From NCBI GenBank assembly GCA_030668825.1, contig DAOVET010000074.1:1-13188 (forward strand): a DNA stretch of 13,188 nucleotides, written 5' to 3'. Below are positions 1-8,098 of the stretch, piece after piece. Source of the stretch: Candidatus Heimdallarchaeota archaeon (GTDB taxonomy: Archaea > Asgardarchaeota > Heimdallarchaeia > Heimdallarchaeales > Heimdallarchaeaceae). The notes beneath the pieces were generated by a model that worked only from the letters and a program-made list of their open reading frames with translations, did no database searches and was not told where the DNA came from. Each line of letters starts with the position of its first letter. Position 1 is the first letter of the stretch. The translations under genes were made by a program, and so were the position numbers.

Positions 1-927
1 CGATTCAAAGATAAATTACTTAATCCTTCAAGGAAACACAACTGGTTTGTTCTTGATCCTCGCTTTCCAGAGGTTAGAGAATACTTGATAACATTGTATG
101 AACGTTTTGTTAGAGATTATGATATTGATGGACTGAAACTAGATTTTATTGATACATTCCATCTAACAGAAGAGACTAAAGATTCATTTGGAGAAGGACG
201 CGATTTCGATTCTGTTCAGGAAGCTGTTGATTGCTTATTTACTAATATTATCAACAGACTTAGAAACATAAATCCTGATATATTAATAGAATTTAGACAG
301 AAATATATTGGTCCCCTTATGCGAAAATATGGAAATATGTTTCGTGCTTTAGATGTTCCTAATGACTACTGTGGCAATAGAGTACGAACTATAGATATAA
401 GATTGTTGTGTGGTAATACTCCTGCTCATTCAGATATGTTCATGTGGCATAAGGATGATTCTGTTGAGAGTGCAGCAATGCATATAATACACACTCTTTT
501 TTCAGTTCCCCAAGTATCAGTATTACTTGATAAAATCCCAAGAAAGCATGTAAAAATGATAAAATATCTAATAAACTTCTGGAAAGAAAATAGGGATGTA
601 TTATTAGATGGAGAGCTTATTCCATCTGAACCAGGAATGCTCTACCCTTATGTATGCGCTAGAAATGATAATAAGATTCTAGCAGCCTGGTATTCTGATT
701 CATGTATTACTATCGATAATAAGGTACCACCTAAACTGATACTTGTAAATGGAACCTTCAACAATAGAGTAATAATACAGCTTGAACATGATTTAGAGGT
801 TAGAAATATGGTAATATCTTCTTGCACAGGTAGTATTATAAAAAAAGGACAAGTAAATCTATCCGCAGGGATTCATTATATAACACTTCCCCCAGCTGGT
901 ATAGGTATTTTAACATCATCTCTTTAG
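1..927 (+). CDS. Glycoside hydrolase family 36 (alpha-galactosidase-like), 5'-partial; the gene starts before the window
   Basis: Frame 1 is open from base 1 (RFKDKLLNPSRKHNWFVLDPRFPEVREYL...), so TTG at 85 is not the true start. LDPRFPEVREYL...YDIDGLKLDF matches the clan GH-D pattern with the KxD nucleophile, followed by ILIEFR and RALD (candidate acid/base) and a beta-rich C-terminal domain. Confidence 0.85.
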   Translation, partial: RFKDKLLNPSRKHNWFVLDPRFPEVREYLITLYERFVRDYDIDGLKLDFIDTFHLTEETKDSFGEGRDFDSVQEAVDCLFTNIINRLRNINPDILIEFRQKYIGPLMRKYGNMFRALDVPNDYCGNRVRTIDIRLLCGNTPAHSDMFMWHKDDSVESAAMHIIHTLFSVPQVSVLLDKIPRKHVKMIKYLINFWKENRDVLLDGELIPSEPGMLYPYVCARNDNKILAAWYSDSCITIDNKVPPKLILVNGTFNNRVIIQLEHDLEVRNMVISSCTGSIIKKGQVNLSAGIHYITLPPAGIGILTSSL

Positions 928-1059
928 ATTAATTTAGTTTAAGAAATCAAACAATCTTACACACATGTCAAAAATGTGTAGATAGAAAAAGAAGAAATTT
1001 AGTTATTTATAGGAGTTGTTTCAAGGTTTCAAGCTATATGGAAAGATATTCTAGAATTA

Positions 1060-1446
1060 ATGGATCAAATACAATTCGCAGCAGAGAAAGAGATACATAA
1101 TCATTGTGCTGTTTTTAATGAGATTCCTAACCATGAGCAGATTGAAAGAGAATTAATGAAAGATATCTTTCAATTTATTCAAAAGAAATGGGTTCTTGAA
1201 ATAGTTCATGCTCTTGCTTTTCATGAACATTTGTTTTTTAATGAGATAACAAACCTTCTAGGAACAATATCTTCAAAAACACTTTCTGAACGTTTGAAAG
1301 AACTTGTCGATGCTCAAGTAGCTTACCGGCAAGTAGAAGCTTCAAGCACTCCTGTAAGGGTTAGGTATTCGCTAACAAGTTATGGAGAAGGATTACATCA
1401 CACTCTTCTACCATTTGCTATATATTTCTTTTCAAACATTAAATAG
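1060..1446 (+). CDS. HxlR-family winged helix-turn-helix transcriptional regulator
   Basis: KKWVLEIVHAL...FNEI...ISSKTLSERLKELV...V.R...PVRVRYSLTSYG follows the HxlR signature; 128 aa. Confidence 0.92.
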   Translation: MDQIQFAAEKEIHNHCAVFNEIPNHEQIERELMKDIFQFIQKKWVLEIVHALAFHEHLFFNEITNLLGTISSKTLSERLKELVDAQVAYRQVEASSTPVRVRYSLTSYGEGLHHTLLPFAIYFFSNIK

Positions 1447-1451
1447 GTATT

Positions 1452-1480
1452 CTTGTCTTTTAGCTTTTTAGCTTTTATTT
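1452..1480 (+). terminator. T-rich tract after the HxlR gene with tandem TTTTAGCT x2; possible archaeal oligo-T terminator
   Basis: Several T4-T5 runs directly downstream of the stop at 1446. Confidence 0.4.
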
Positions 1481-1491
1481 CATTACTAATC

Positions 1492-1500
1492 CTTATTAAT
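1492..1500 (+). promoter_or_regulatory. Candidate TATA box for a leaderless methyltransferase transcript
   Basis: CTTATTAAT begins about 30 nt before ATG 1523, and the intervening sequence is pyrimidine-rich with no SD. Weak evidence in AT-rich DNA. Confidence 0.35.
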
Positions 1501-1522
1501 GATTATTTCTTCTCTTCCCTGA

Positions 1523-2116
1523 ATGACTAAAAAAAACTTCTTGATACCTGAGGAATCAGAAGATCTCAAAGAATGGTATAATTCACTAGGTGTTCAATTT
1601 CTAAAAAAAATTAGTGTAAAAAAGGGATTTTATATACTAGATTTTGGATGTCGCACTGGAACTTATACTTTTCCTGCAGCTAAGCTTGTTGGACCGAAAG
1701 GTAGAGTTTTTGCTCTTGATTGTGAGCAAGAAGCAATAGATGAGATAAGAAGAAAATCTATACTACTAGATCTAACTAATATAGTAGTACCAATAAAAAC
1801 TGATGGTGAGTTAATAATTCCTCTTGAGGATGGATCAGCAGATCTCACATTACTTTATGATGTAATTGGTATTATAGTAAGAAACAAAGATGGTATTAAA
1901 GTACTAAATCAATTAATAAAAGAAATTCAAAGGATAACTAAAAACAAAGGCGAATTGTCCGTAATATTCAAGCATATAGATAGGTGGGAATTCTCAAAAG
2001 AACAAGTTATGAGTACAATCCAGCAGTTCTTCACTTTGATAAGAAAAGAAAGCATTCAACACATTCATTGGAATTTCTTTGAAATTGATATAGTCTATAC
2101 TTTTAAGAAGGAATAG
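1523..2116 (+). CDS. Class I SAM-dependent methyltransferase (UbiE/Methyltransf_31-like)
   Basis: Motif I ILDFGCRTG, then AAKLVGPKGRVFALD (acidic end of beta2) and PLEDGSADL. Confidence 0.88.
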   Translation: MTKKNFLIPEESEDLKEWYNSLGVQFLKKISVKKGFYILDFGCRTGTYTFPAAKLVGPKGRVFALDCEQEAIDEIRRKSILLDLTNIVVPIKTDGELIIPLEDGSADLTLLYDVIGIIVRNKDGIKVLNQLIKEIQRITKNKGELSVIFKHIDRWEFSKEQVMSTIQQFFTLIRKESIQHIHWNFFEIDIVYTFKKE

Positions 2117-2129
2117 AGGAATATTTCGA

Positions 2130-2413
2130 ATTTATACTTACACATACATAGACTTTGGATATCTATACTGGTTAAGGAGAGATTCAAAAACCGCATTAAA
2201 ATACTATCAAAAAAACTTAACATTCTTTAACATTCTATACGTTTATAGGAAAATCTTACCAAGCTTTACAGAAATTCAGACTATTAATTGTAGAATCTCT
2301 TTCTTTTACAAGTGAGTGGAATGTTTTTTTTTGATAAAATAAAGGATAATAAGGAGTTGACATTCTCTGATAGGAAGCAATTATCTGAATATCTAGAAAG
2401 TGTTTTTATGTGA
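2130..2413 (+). pseudogene. Relic of a TPR/longin-like gene paralogous to 6012..7955; 5'-truncated, internally deleted and frameshifted
   Basis: Frame 3 TYIDFGYLYWLRRDSKTALKYYQKNL aligns with IYADLGFYYWQKGELETSLQYYKKSL (aa ~245-270). Frame 1 YTFIGKSYQALQKFRLLIVESLSFTSEWNVFF plus frame 2 DKIKDNKELTFSDRKQLSEYLESVFM* aligns without gaps to YVFVGKSYSAVQKINKLITDFSTFSEIWGDLSTKINSNQELSLSDRTRLSDYLETIFV* (aa 590-647). Confidence 0.88.
2217..2236. repeat. Perfect 10-bp tandem duplication TTAACATTCT x2 at the deletion junction of the relic
   Basis: Read directly at 2217-2226 and 2227-2236. Confidence 0.9.
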
Positions 2414-2496
2414 TTAGCTAAATTTTGAATCTGTTTTGCTTGAATCCATTGGAGTATACTTAAAAGATTATATTCAATAAATGTTATTTGGTAAAA

Positions 2497-3033
2497 ATGT
2501 CACTTCATGATAGAGTAGAATTTTGGTTTATTTCCTTTATGCACGATACCATGTACAGTCTTTTTATGAATGCGGAAACACTTCTAATCCCCGCTGGTTT
2601 AAAAGAAGGAGATCATGTTCTTGAAGTAGGCTGTGGTCCAGGATTTTTCACCATACCAGCTGCAGAAATTGTTGGAGATAAAGGGTTCATTTATGCTATA
2701 GATATCAATCCTTTTGCTATTAGAAAGGTTGAGAAAAAAATCGCTAAAGCAGGCGTTAAGAATGTTAAAACTATGATTGTTGATGTAACTGAAACAACTT
2801 TAAAGGATTCCAGTATAGATATAGCTTTCTTCTTCGGCGTTTTTCATTCACTAAATAGTATCATTGGTAGGGTTATATTAGAAATGCATAGAATCCTGAA
2901 GGATGAAGGAATAATTACTATTCAGAAGTCAGGAAAGTCTAAGGATGGTTTGGTAGACATCATAACACAAAATAATAAGTTCAAGTTCTTAGAGGAAAAA
3001 AAGAGAATGTTAGTATTTCAAAAAATAAAATAA
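2497..3033 (+). CDS. Class I SAM-dependent methyltransferase (UbiE/Methyltransf_31-like)
   Basis: GLKEGDHVLEVGCGPGFFTIPAAEIVG.KG.IYAID, LKDSSIDI and EMHRILKDEG. ATG 2497 preferred over TTG 2488; a TATA-like CTTAAAAG lies at 2459-2467. Confidence 0.93.
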   Translation: MSLHDRVEFWFISFMHDTMYSLFMNAETLLIPAGLKEGDHVLEVGCGPGFFTIPAAEIVGDKGFIYAIDINPFAIRKVEKKIAKAGVKNVKTMIVDVTETTLKDSSIDIAFFFGVFHSLNSIIGRVILEMHRILKDEGIITIQKSGKSKDGLVDIITQNNKFKFLEEKKRMLVFQKIK

Positions 3034-3093
3034 AAAAAGAAAGTAAACTAGCTCAGTTTATTCTGGAATTATTTCAAAAAAAAGATAGAAGGA

Positions 3094-3225
3094 TTACTTC
3101 TTCCCAATTTTTCTACTTAACAATGTTATTGCTAAAACCGATACTGAAGAGATTGTCACAATTTCGATTACTCCAAAACCTGCTTTATCAATTACAGGGT
3201 CTTCTAATGTACCAACTGAAGTTGA
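3094..3225 (-). pseudogene. Orphan C-terminal fragment of a surface protein with a PGF-CTERM-like (AGF) sorting signal
   Basis: Minus strand reads STSVGTLEDPVIDKAGFGVIEIVTISSVSVLAITLLSRKIGKK*: linker, AGFG motif, hydrophobic helix, basic tail. It is preceded by an in-frame TAA (3226-3228) and contains no ATG. Confidence 0.72.
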
Positions 3226-3249
3226 TTACTTTAGAAAAATAAAGTTAGT

Positions 3250-3273
3250 GAAAATAAGAAGAAAAAGAAGAAA
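3250..3273 (-). terminator. Pyrimidine/oligo-T tract after the 3284..4654 gene
   Basis: Minus strand TTTCTTCTTTTTCTTCTTATTTTC starts about 10 nt after the stop codon. Confidence 0.5.
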
Positions 3274-3283
3274 TGAACTAACT

Positions 3284-4654
3284 TCAAGTCATGCTCATAT
3301 CTAAAGTTAAAAACTCGTATTTATTGTCTAGGGAGTCATAAATTGGAGGAATTGGAAAGTCAAAAATTGGGTAAACCCAGTAATTAGTTCCTACCATCAT
3401 CATAGTTCCATAACCTGCAATATTGAGATAAAGTGTTTCATCCTCAAGCACAGGAAATTCAGATTTTGCCATCTTGAATTCGAACATTCTATGATCTTCT
3501 AAACAATTTCCACTTGAACCATAGGAATATGCTATTTCGTAGTTTCCAACATCAATAGAGTTACCAACTATCGACCATATATCGTTTATAGTAAATCTGA
3601 GTGATAGTCTATCAAATTGAATATTGAATGCTGTAGGATCAACTAAATCATCATCATTCCAACCATATAGTGAGAAATAAAACATTCCGTCAGTCGCATT
3701 GATATTTAAATGGTTCAGATCCACAGAACCTCCAAATGTTGTATCTGCAGTGAAACTAATCTCATTTGCATTGCTTATGTAAATACCTCCATCACCAAAG
3801 TTTCCTGCCATTCCACCATGTTCTACTATTGCACAATAAAACTCATTAGCTACACCAAGGTGTCCACCAGGATTTGAAGTCAGATTGGATCTCAATCTGT
3901 AATCTAAATCCATATCAGTTAAACTTGACATTATTGTACTAAGTTCTACATCGGGGAATTTTTCTGTAATATTAACACCAAATTGAATAGCTACAAAGTT
4001 GCCAGCTAACCAGACCCCATCAGTTTCATAGTGAGTTGTAGATATGGTCATGTTGTTATTGTCGTAAAATGTCCATAAATCGTAGAAATCCCCACTATAC
4101 TCTCCTCGATCAGCCTGAATCCAATCTTGTTCTGGTATGAGTGGGACGTCATAGAATGTTCTTGAGCCAAATCCGGGATAATATACGTCATCGAACACAG
4201 TATCACTACTTACATTATAGTAGAAATATTCATACCCGAAGTCTTCTAGTGCATAGAAAGCGAGTTTTGAACCGTAGGTATCAGGTAAGCGATTTGCTAG
4301 ATGAAGTGCGAGCCATTCACCGTCTTCATTATTTGTACGATCAGAACATAAATCTAAAGCTAAATAGTAGAAGTCATCGTCTTCCGCAACAGAAAGATAA
4401 TTCCAGCCATCAACATTTGCCAAGTCTACCACAGGATCTACTTCATTATCAACATCTAAGTAAAAGGGAATATTGTAATAACTACTACGTAACCATTCTC
4501 TTTTCTCAATGATACCATCAATTGTTGGTGTTAGTTGAGTTGGATCTGTGTTAATCATCCAGTTGTTTCCCATGAGATAGCCCACAAAAAAAGCACCCCC
4601 CCCAACTGCTAGAGCAAGGAAAACAGCTGTTATTGTAATTGAACTTTTTGCCAT
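3284..4654 (-). CDS. Secreted or membrane-anchored acidic protein with DOMON/CBM9-like sugar-binding motifs (456 aa)
   Basis: Start re-placed at ATG 4654 (MAKSSITITAVFLALAVGGGAFFVGYLMG, a signal/anchor helix); the 38-aa extension in the track is A-tract intergenic DNA. Motifs PTIDG...EW, YLSVAEDDDFYYLALD and C-terminal HRMFEFKMAKSEF resemble the DOMON/CBM9 pattern. Confidence 0.7.
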   Translation of the reverse strand: MAKSSITITAVFLALAVGGGAFFVGYLMGNNWMINTDPTQLTPTIDGIIEKREWLRSSYYNIPFYLDVDNEVDPVVDLANVDGWNYLSVAEDDDFYYLALDLCSDRTNNEDGEWLALHLANRLPDTYGSKLAFYALEDFGYEYFYYNVSSDTVFDDVYYPGFGSRTFYDVPLIPEQDWIQADRGEYSGDFYDLWTFYDNNNMTISTTHYETDGVWLAGNFVAIQFGVNITEKFPDVELSTIMSSLTDMDLDYRLRSNLTSNPGGHLGVANEFYCAIVEHGGMAGNFGDGGIYISNANEISFTADTTFGGSVDLNHLNINATDGMFYFSLYGWNDDDLVDPTAFNIQFDRLSLRFTINDIWSIVGNSIDVGNYEIAYSYGSSGNCLEDHRMFEFKMAKSEFPVLEDETLYLNIAGYGTMMMVGTNYWVYPIFDFPIPPIYDSLDNKYEFLTLDMSMT

Positions 4655-4794
4655 ATTTTTCGACCTTTTTTTATTTTTAACCTTTTTAACTTGTAAAAAG
4701 ATGGATATAGCTATTGCGAGAGACGATATATACTTTTCCCAGAACTCTATATATGATGCGAAATCCATAATAAAAGGGAAGAGAAAGGGTATTG

Positions 4795-5484
4795 ATGAAG
4801 AAAATAGGTATTATAGGTGGACTGAGCGCTGAATCTACTATTGAGTACTATAAGATATTAATCAAAGAATATAACAAAAGAAAAGGGGGAAAGTCTTCAC
4901 CTCTACTCATAATTGATAGTCTAGATTTAGAAGAAGCTGTAAATTTAATGAGCAATAACGATTGGGATGGAGTTTTTAATATCATTTTCCAATCTGCTAA
5001 AAATCTAGAGCATGCAGGTGCAGAAGTTATTATTATTGCAACCAATTCCATTCACAAAATCTTTGATAGATTACAAGAGGAAATCAATACTCCAATGATT
5101 AGTATATTGGATGTAACTGCAGAAGCTGTTAAATCTAAAAATCTGAAGAAAATAGGTTTATTGGGGACAATTTTCACCATGCAATCAGATTTCTTTCATA
5201 AAGCATTCCAAAGATATAATCTAGAGATTATTGTACCTAATCGAGATGATCAAGAATTAGTAAATGAAATCATTTTCAACGAACTGACGTTTCATATAAT
5301 TAAGCCTGAATCTAAAAGAGGATATCTAGAAGTAATTGGAAGATTACAACAAGAGGAAGCTGAAGGAGTTATCCTAGGGTGTACTGAAATCCCCTTATTA
5401 ATTAAGCAGGAAGACAGTCCTATACCTGTATTTGACACAACCACCCTTCATGCAATGGCTGCCCTTGAATATGCAATGAAGTAA
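4795..5484 (+). CDS. PLP-independent aspartate/glutamate racemase family protein (YgeA/RacX-like)
   Basis: MKKIGIIGGLSAEST, IIATNSIH, KIGLLGT.FTM, ILGCTEIPL and FDTT.LHA are all family motifs. Confidence 0.93.
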   Translation: MKKIGIIGGLSAESTIEYYKILIKEYNKRKGGKSSPLLIIDSLDLEEAVNLMSNNDWDGVFNIIFQSAKNLEHAGAEVIIIATNSIHKIFDRLQEEINTPMISILDVTAEAVKSKNLKKIGLLGTIFTMQSDFFHKAFQRYNLEIIVPNRDDQELVNEIIFNELTFHIIKPESKRGYLEVIGRLQQEEAEGVILGCTEIPLLIKQEDSPIPVFDTTTLHAMAALEYAMK

Positions 5485-5610
5485 GATTTTCTTTCAAATT
5501 CATTTATCCTACATAATTTTTTTTTACGACTAAAACAAGATATAAATACATTTCAACTCTCTGTAGATTACTTATAGTGAAATCTCTACATAGGGATAAC
5601 TCAAAATGAC

Positions 5611-6015
5611 ATGGTAAACATAATGACTGCTGAAACCGTGGAGCTGAAATTTGACCAAGAAGAGATAGATAAAGCTGAGGAAGAATACAAGAAGCTTCAT
5701 CTAGATCCTGCTCAACAAGACATGGTTGACTCCATAACAAAAATCATGAATGGTCTGGTGCCAATACCTGAAGCAGCTGTTAAAGGTTTCACATGGAAAG
5801 TCATGAGTAATTGGCAGAGGATGCGTAGAATTACAATAGCCGAGTTAAATAATAGACCTCTAAGAGATAGAATAGAGGTAACTAAAGAGATGATTAAACA
5901 AGCAAAGAAATTTTTTGTTAGTCTTCTTTCAGAATCTACACCCGAGCAGAGAGAGATATTGGAAAGAAAGTTTGATACTGTTTTAAAACAAAGTTCAGAG
6001 TTCTTGAAAAATTAG
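5611..6015 (+). CDS. Hypothetical charged, probably all-helical protein (134 aa; alternative start 5623)
   Basis: Open frame with E/K-rich amphipathic composition filling the gap between two genes; no family recognised. Confidence 0.75.
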   Translation: MVNIMTAETVELKFDQEEIDKAEEEYKKLHLDPAQQDMVDSITKIMNGLVPIPEAAVKGFTWKVMSNWQRMRRITIAELNNRPLRDRIEVTKEMIKQAKKFFVSLLSESTPEQREILERKFDTVLKQSSEFLKN

Positions 6016-7955
6016 ACAAAGATTGTTTCTAAATAATCAGATAATCTTGTTCTGTCAGACAAACTCAGTTCTTGATTGGAGTTTATTTTTGTACTTAAAT
6101 CTCCCCAGATTTCTGAAAATGTACTAAAATCTGTGATAAGTTTATTTATTTTCTGTACAGCTGAATAAGATTTACCAACAAAAACATAACTAAGTAACAT
6201 ATCTTCACTTTGATAAAGAACAATACCGAAATTCCTAAATTGAAGACGATGAGAAGTGTTTTTATCAGGTTTTTTTTCTTCTAGAAAGTCATGTATTGTA
6301 GTTATTATCCCCTCAACTAAATCATTTTCTAGAGGAATATCTTCAAAATTATCAGAAAAGACAACATGACCAGTTTTGTCCATAATCAGGAAAATACTTG
6401 GATCTTCATTTTCATGAGAAACATCTGCAAAGCTTATTCTATTCTTTACTAGTTTATTCATCATATCCTCTAGATGAGTTAACTCCATACGATCTGCAAT
6501 ATTTGGAAGTTTAGCTGTAAAACTTTCCCAGCTACTAATTTGTTCTAGAAGATGATCGTATTCATTAGAAATTAGTGTCGCTAAGCGAGTAATGCCTTTT
6601 TCATCTGCAATCCTTTGAGCTTTTTCAAGCATAGTTTTCGCTTCTTCAACTTTAAGTTCTATTAAGGCTAAATGAGATTTGAGCAGGTAAGTTTCAGCGA
6701 GTAAGATCGATGATTTCTGCTTTTCTGCAAGTTCATCTAGTTGGTCTATAGTTTGTTTAAGGGGTAAAAGCAATTCTAAATCATTGGTTTGTTTTAATCT
6801 TCGAAGATAAAAATCACATAAATGAAATAAAGCCATCCTGTTCATTTCAATATAAATCAACTTCTCTTGAACAATCTCCTTCAACATTCTTTCTATTTTA
6901 TCTTGGTTGTCATCAAAAGAAAGCTCTTTGAGATAGATAGATTGAGCTAGCCTGTAAATATGCATTAAGGGATAGCTTACAACACTTGCATCTTGTAAAC
7001 TTCTAATAGTGGCAACTATTTCCATTTTTTCTAAGTTTTGTTTTATTTCCTCATATTTTCCTTGTTCCAGATATACTAAATTTGTTCTGAAAAGTACAGC
7101 TAAATAATGTCTATTTCCAAAAAGCTTCCCTCTTTTTATTTGCCCTAACGATTTCTTGTAATATTGTAATGAAGTTTCCAATTCACCTTTTTGCCAATAA
7201 TAGAATCCTAAATCAGCATATATACCATCCAAGATATAAGAAGAATCAATCTCTTCAGCATATGATAATCCTTTCAATGAGTATCTAAGATATTCGTCTA
7301 GTTCTCCTCTTTGAATAAAGACTGCTGCAGCATTAATTGTACAGGCAATAATTCCCACAATATTACCTAGTTCTGTAAAAATCTTCAAACTTTGATTATA
7401 ATAATTCCCACCTTTAGAATGATCCCCTTGTTCAAAAAAAGCAGAAGCTTTACCAAATAGAGACCAAGCTTTCTGATAATCGTCTCCTACTTGTTCGAAT
7501 ATATCTATAGATTGATCTATTTTATCCATGTATTTTTCTGAACTACTAACCCCATATGTGAGTATTCTTGCTTTCCTTTTTAGGTAGTCATGTGATTCTT
7601 GATCCTCGTATTTTTCAAGAACTTCTATTGCATGCTTCATTTTTTCGCTAGCTGATTCTCCTATGCCCAAGAAGCTAGAGGATCGAGCATAAGCCATAGC
7701 TGAATCGAAAATTAAGAAGGTATCACCGATTTTGACACTTTCTTCATAAGCTTGTTTAGCATTAATCAATGCTTTATAAAAGGGTTGAATATCAAGAAAT
7801 ATCATTGCTTTGAGGATTTTTGCTTGAATAATTTCTTCTTCAAGAAGTTCCTTTCTATTCAGAAGATTATCCAATCGTTTTGAAGATTCTTGATACTTAC
7901 TTTGTATAATCATTTGTTCTATTTCTTTTAGTTCAGTAGAAAATACTCCTTTCAT
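6012..7955 (-). CDS. Tetratricopeptide-repeat protein with a C-terminal longin/roadblock-like domain
   Basis: TPR-like units such as SLFGKASAFFEQGDHSKGGNYYNQSLKIFTELG and YADLGFYYWQKGELETSLQYYKKSL. The last ~130 aa (IFLIMDKTGHVVFS..LVEGIITTIHDF..RLQFRNFGIVL..LLSYVFVG) follow the beta-beta-alpha-beta-beta-beta-alpha-alpha order of longin domains. Confidence 0.85.
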   Translation of the reverse strand: MKGVFSTELKEIEQMIIQSKYQESSKRLDNLLNRKELLEEEIIQAKILKAMIFLDIQPFYKALINAKQAYEESVKIGDTFLIFDSAMAYARSSSFLGIGESASEKMKHAIEVLEKYEDQESHDYLKRKARILTYGVSSSEKYMDKIDQSIDIFEQVGDDYQKAWSLFGKASAFFEQGDHSKGGNYYNQSLKIFTELGNIVGIIACTINAAAVFIQRGELDEYLRYSLKGLSYAEEIDSSYILDGIYADLGFYYWQKGELETSLQYYKKSLGQIKRGKLFGNRHYLAVLFRTNLVYLEQGKYEEIKQNLEKMEIVATIRSLQDASVVSYPLMHIYRLAQSIYLKELSFDDNQDKIERMLKEIVQEKLIYIEMNRMALFHLCDFYLRRLKQTNDLELLLPLKQTIDQLDELAEKQKSSILLAETYLLKSHLALIELKVEEAKTMLEKAQRIADEKGITRLATLISNEYDHLLEQISSWESFTAKLPNIADRMELTHLEDMMNKLVKNRISFADVSHENEDPSIFLIMDKTGHVVFSDNFEDIPLENDLVEGIITTIHDFLEEKKPDKNTSHRLQFRNFGIVLYQSEDMLLSYVFVGKSYSAVQKINKLITDFSTFSEIWGDLSTKINSNQELSLSDRTRLSDYLETIFV

Positions 7956-8098
7956 ATACTCACTTTATATTCTCAAATTGCTTATAGTAGTACTCTACCT
8001 CTTAATAGTTTTTTGTGAAAACTCAAGAATCTTAATGGATGTGTTCATGAAAAAGATTAAAACTAAGTCAATAGACTTCTCTTCATAAGGTATTTACA

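Noticed and set aside
954-983. Inverted repeat ACACAT-N7-ATGTGT upstream of the HxlR gene as an operator
   Set aside because: Only 6 bp per arm, and I saw no second copy in the window; compatible with chance.
1663-1848. Track ORFs antisense to or overlapping real genes (1663..1848, 4141..4512, 4848..5051, 5504..5740, 9097..9321, 10246..10428, 11988..12272)
   Set aside because: Shadow or alternative-frame ORFs overlapping well-supported genes, with no recognisable motifs.
4655-4768. N-terminal extensions given by the ORF track (4655-4768 and 12374-12544)
   Set aside because: They run through promoter- or terminator-like A/T tracts; the downstream ATGs give a proper signal anchor and an SD site respectively.
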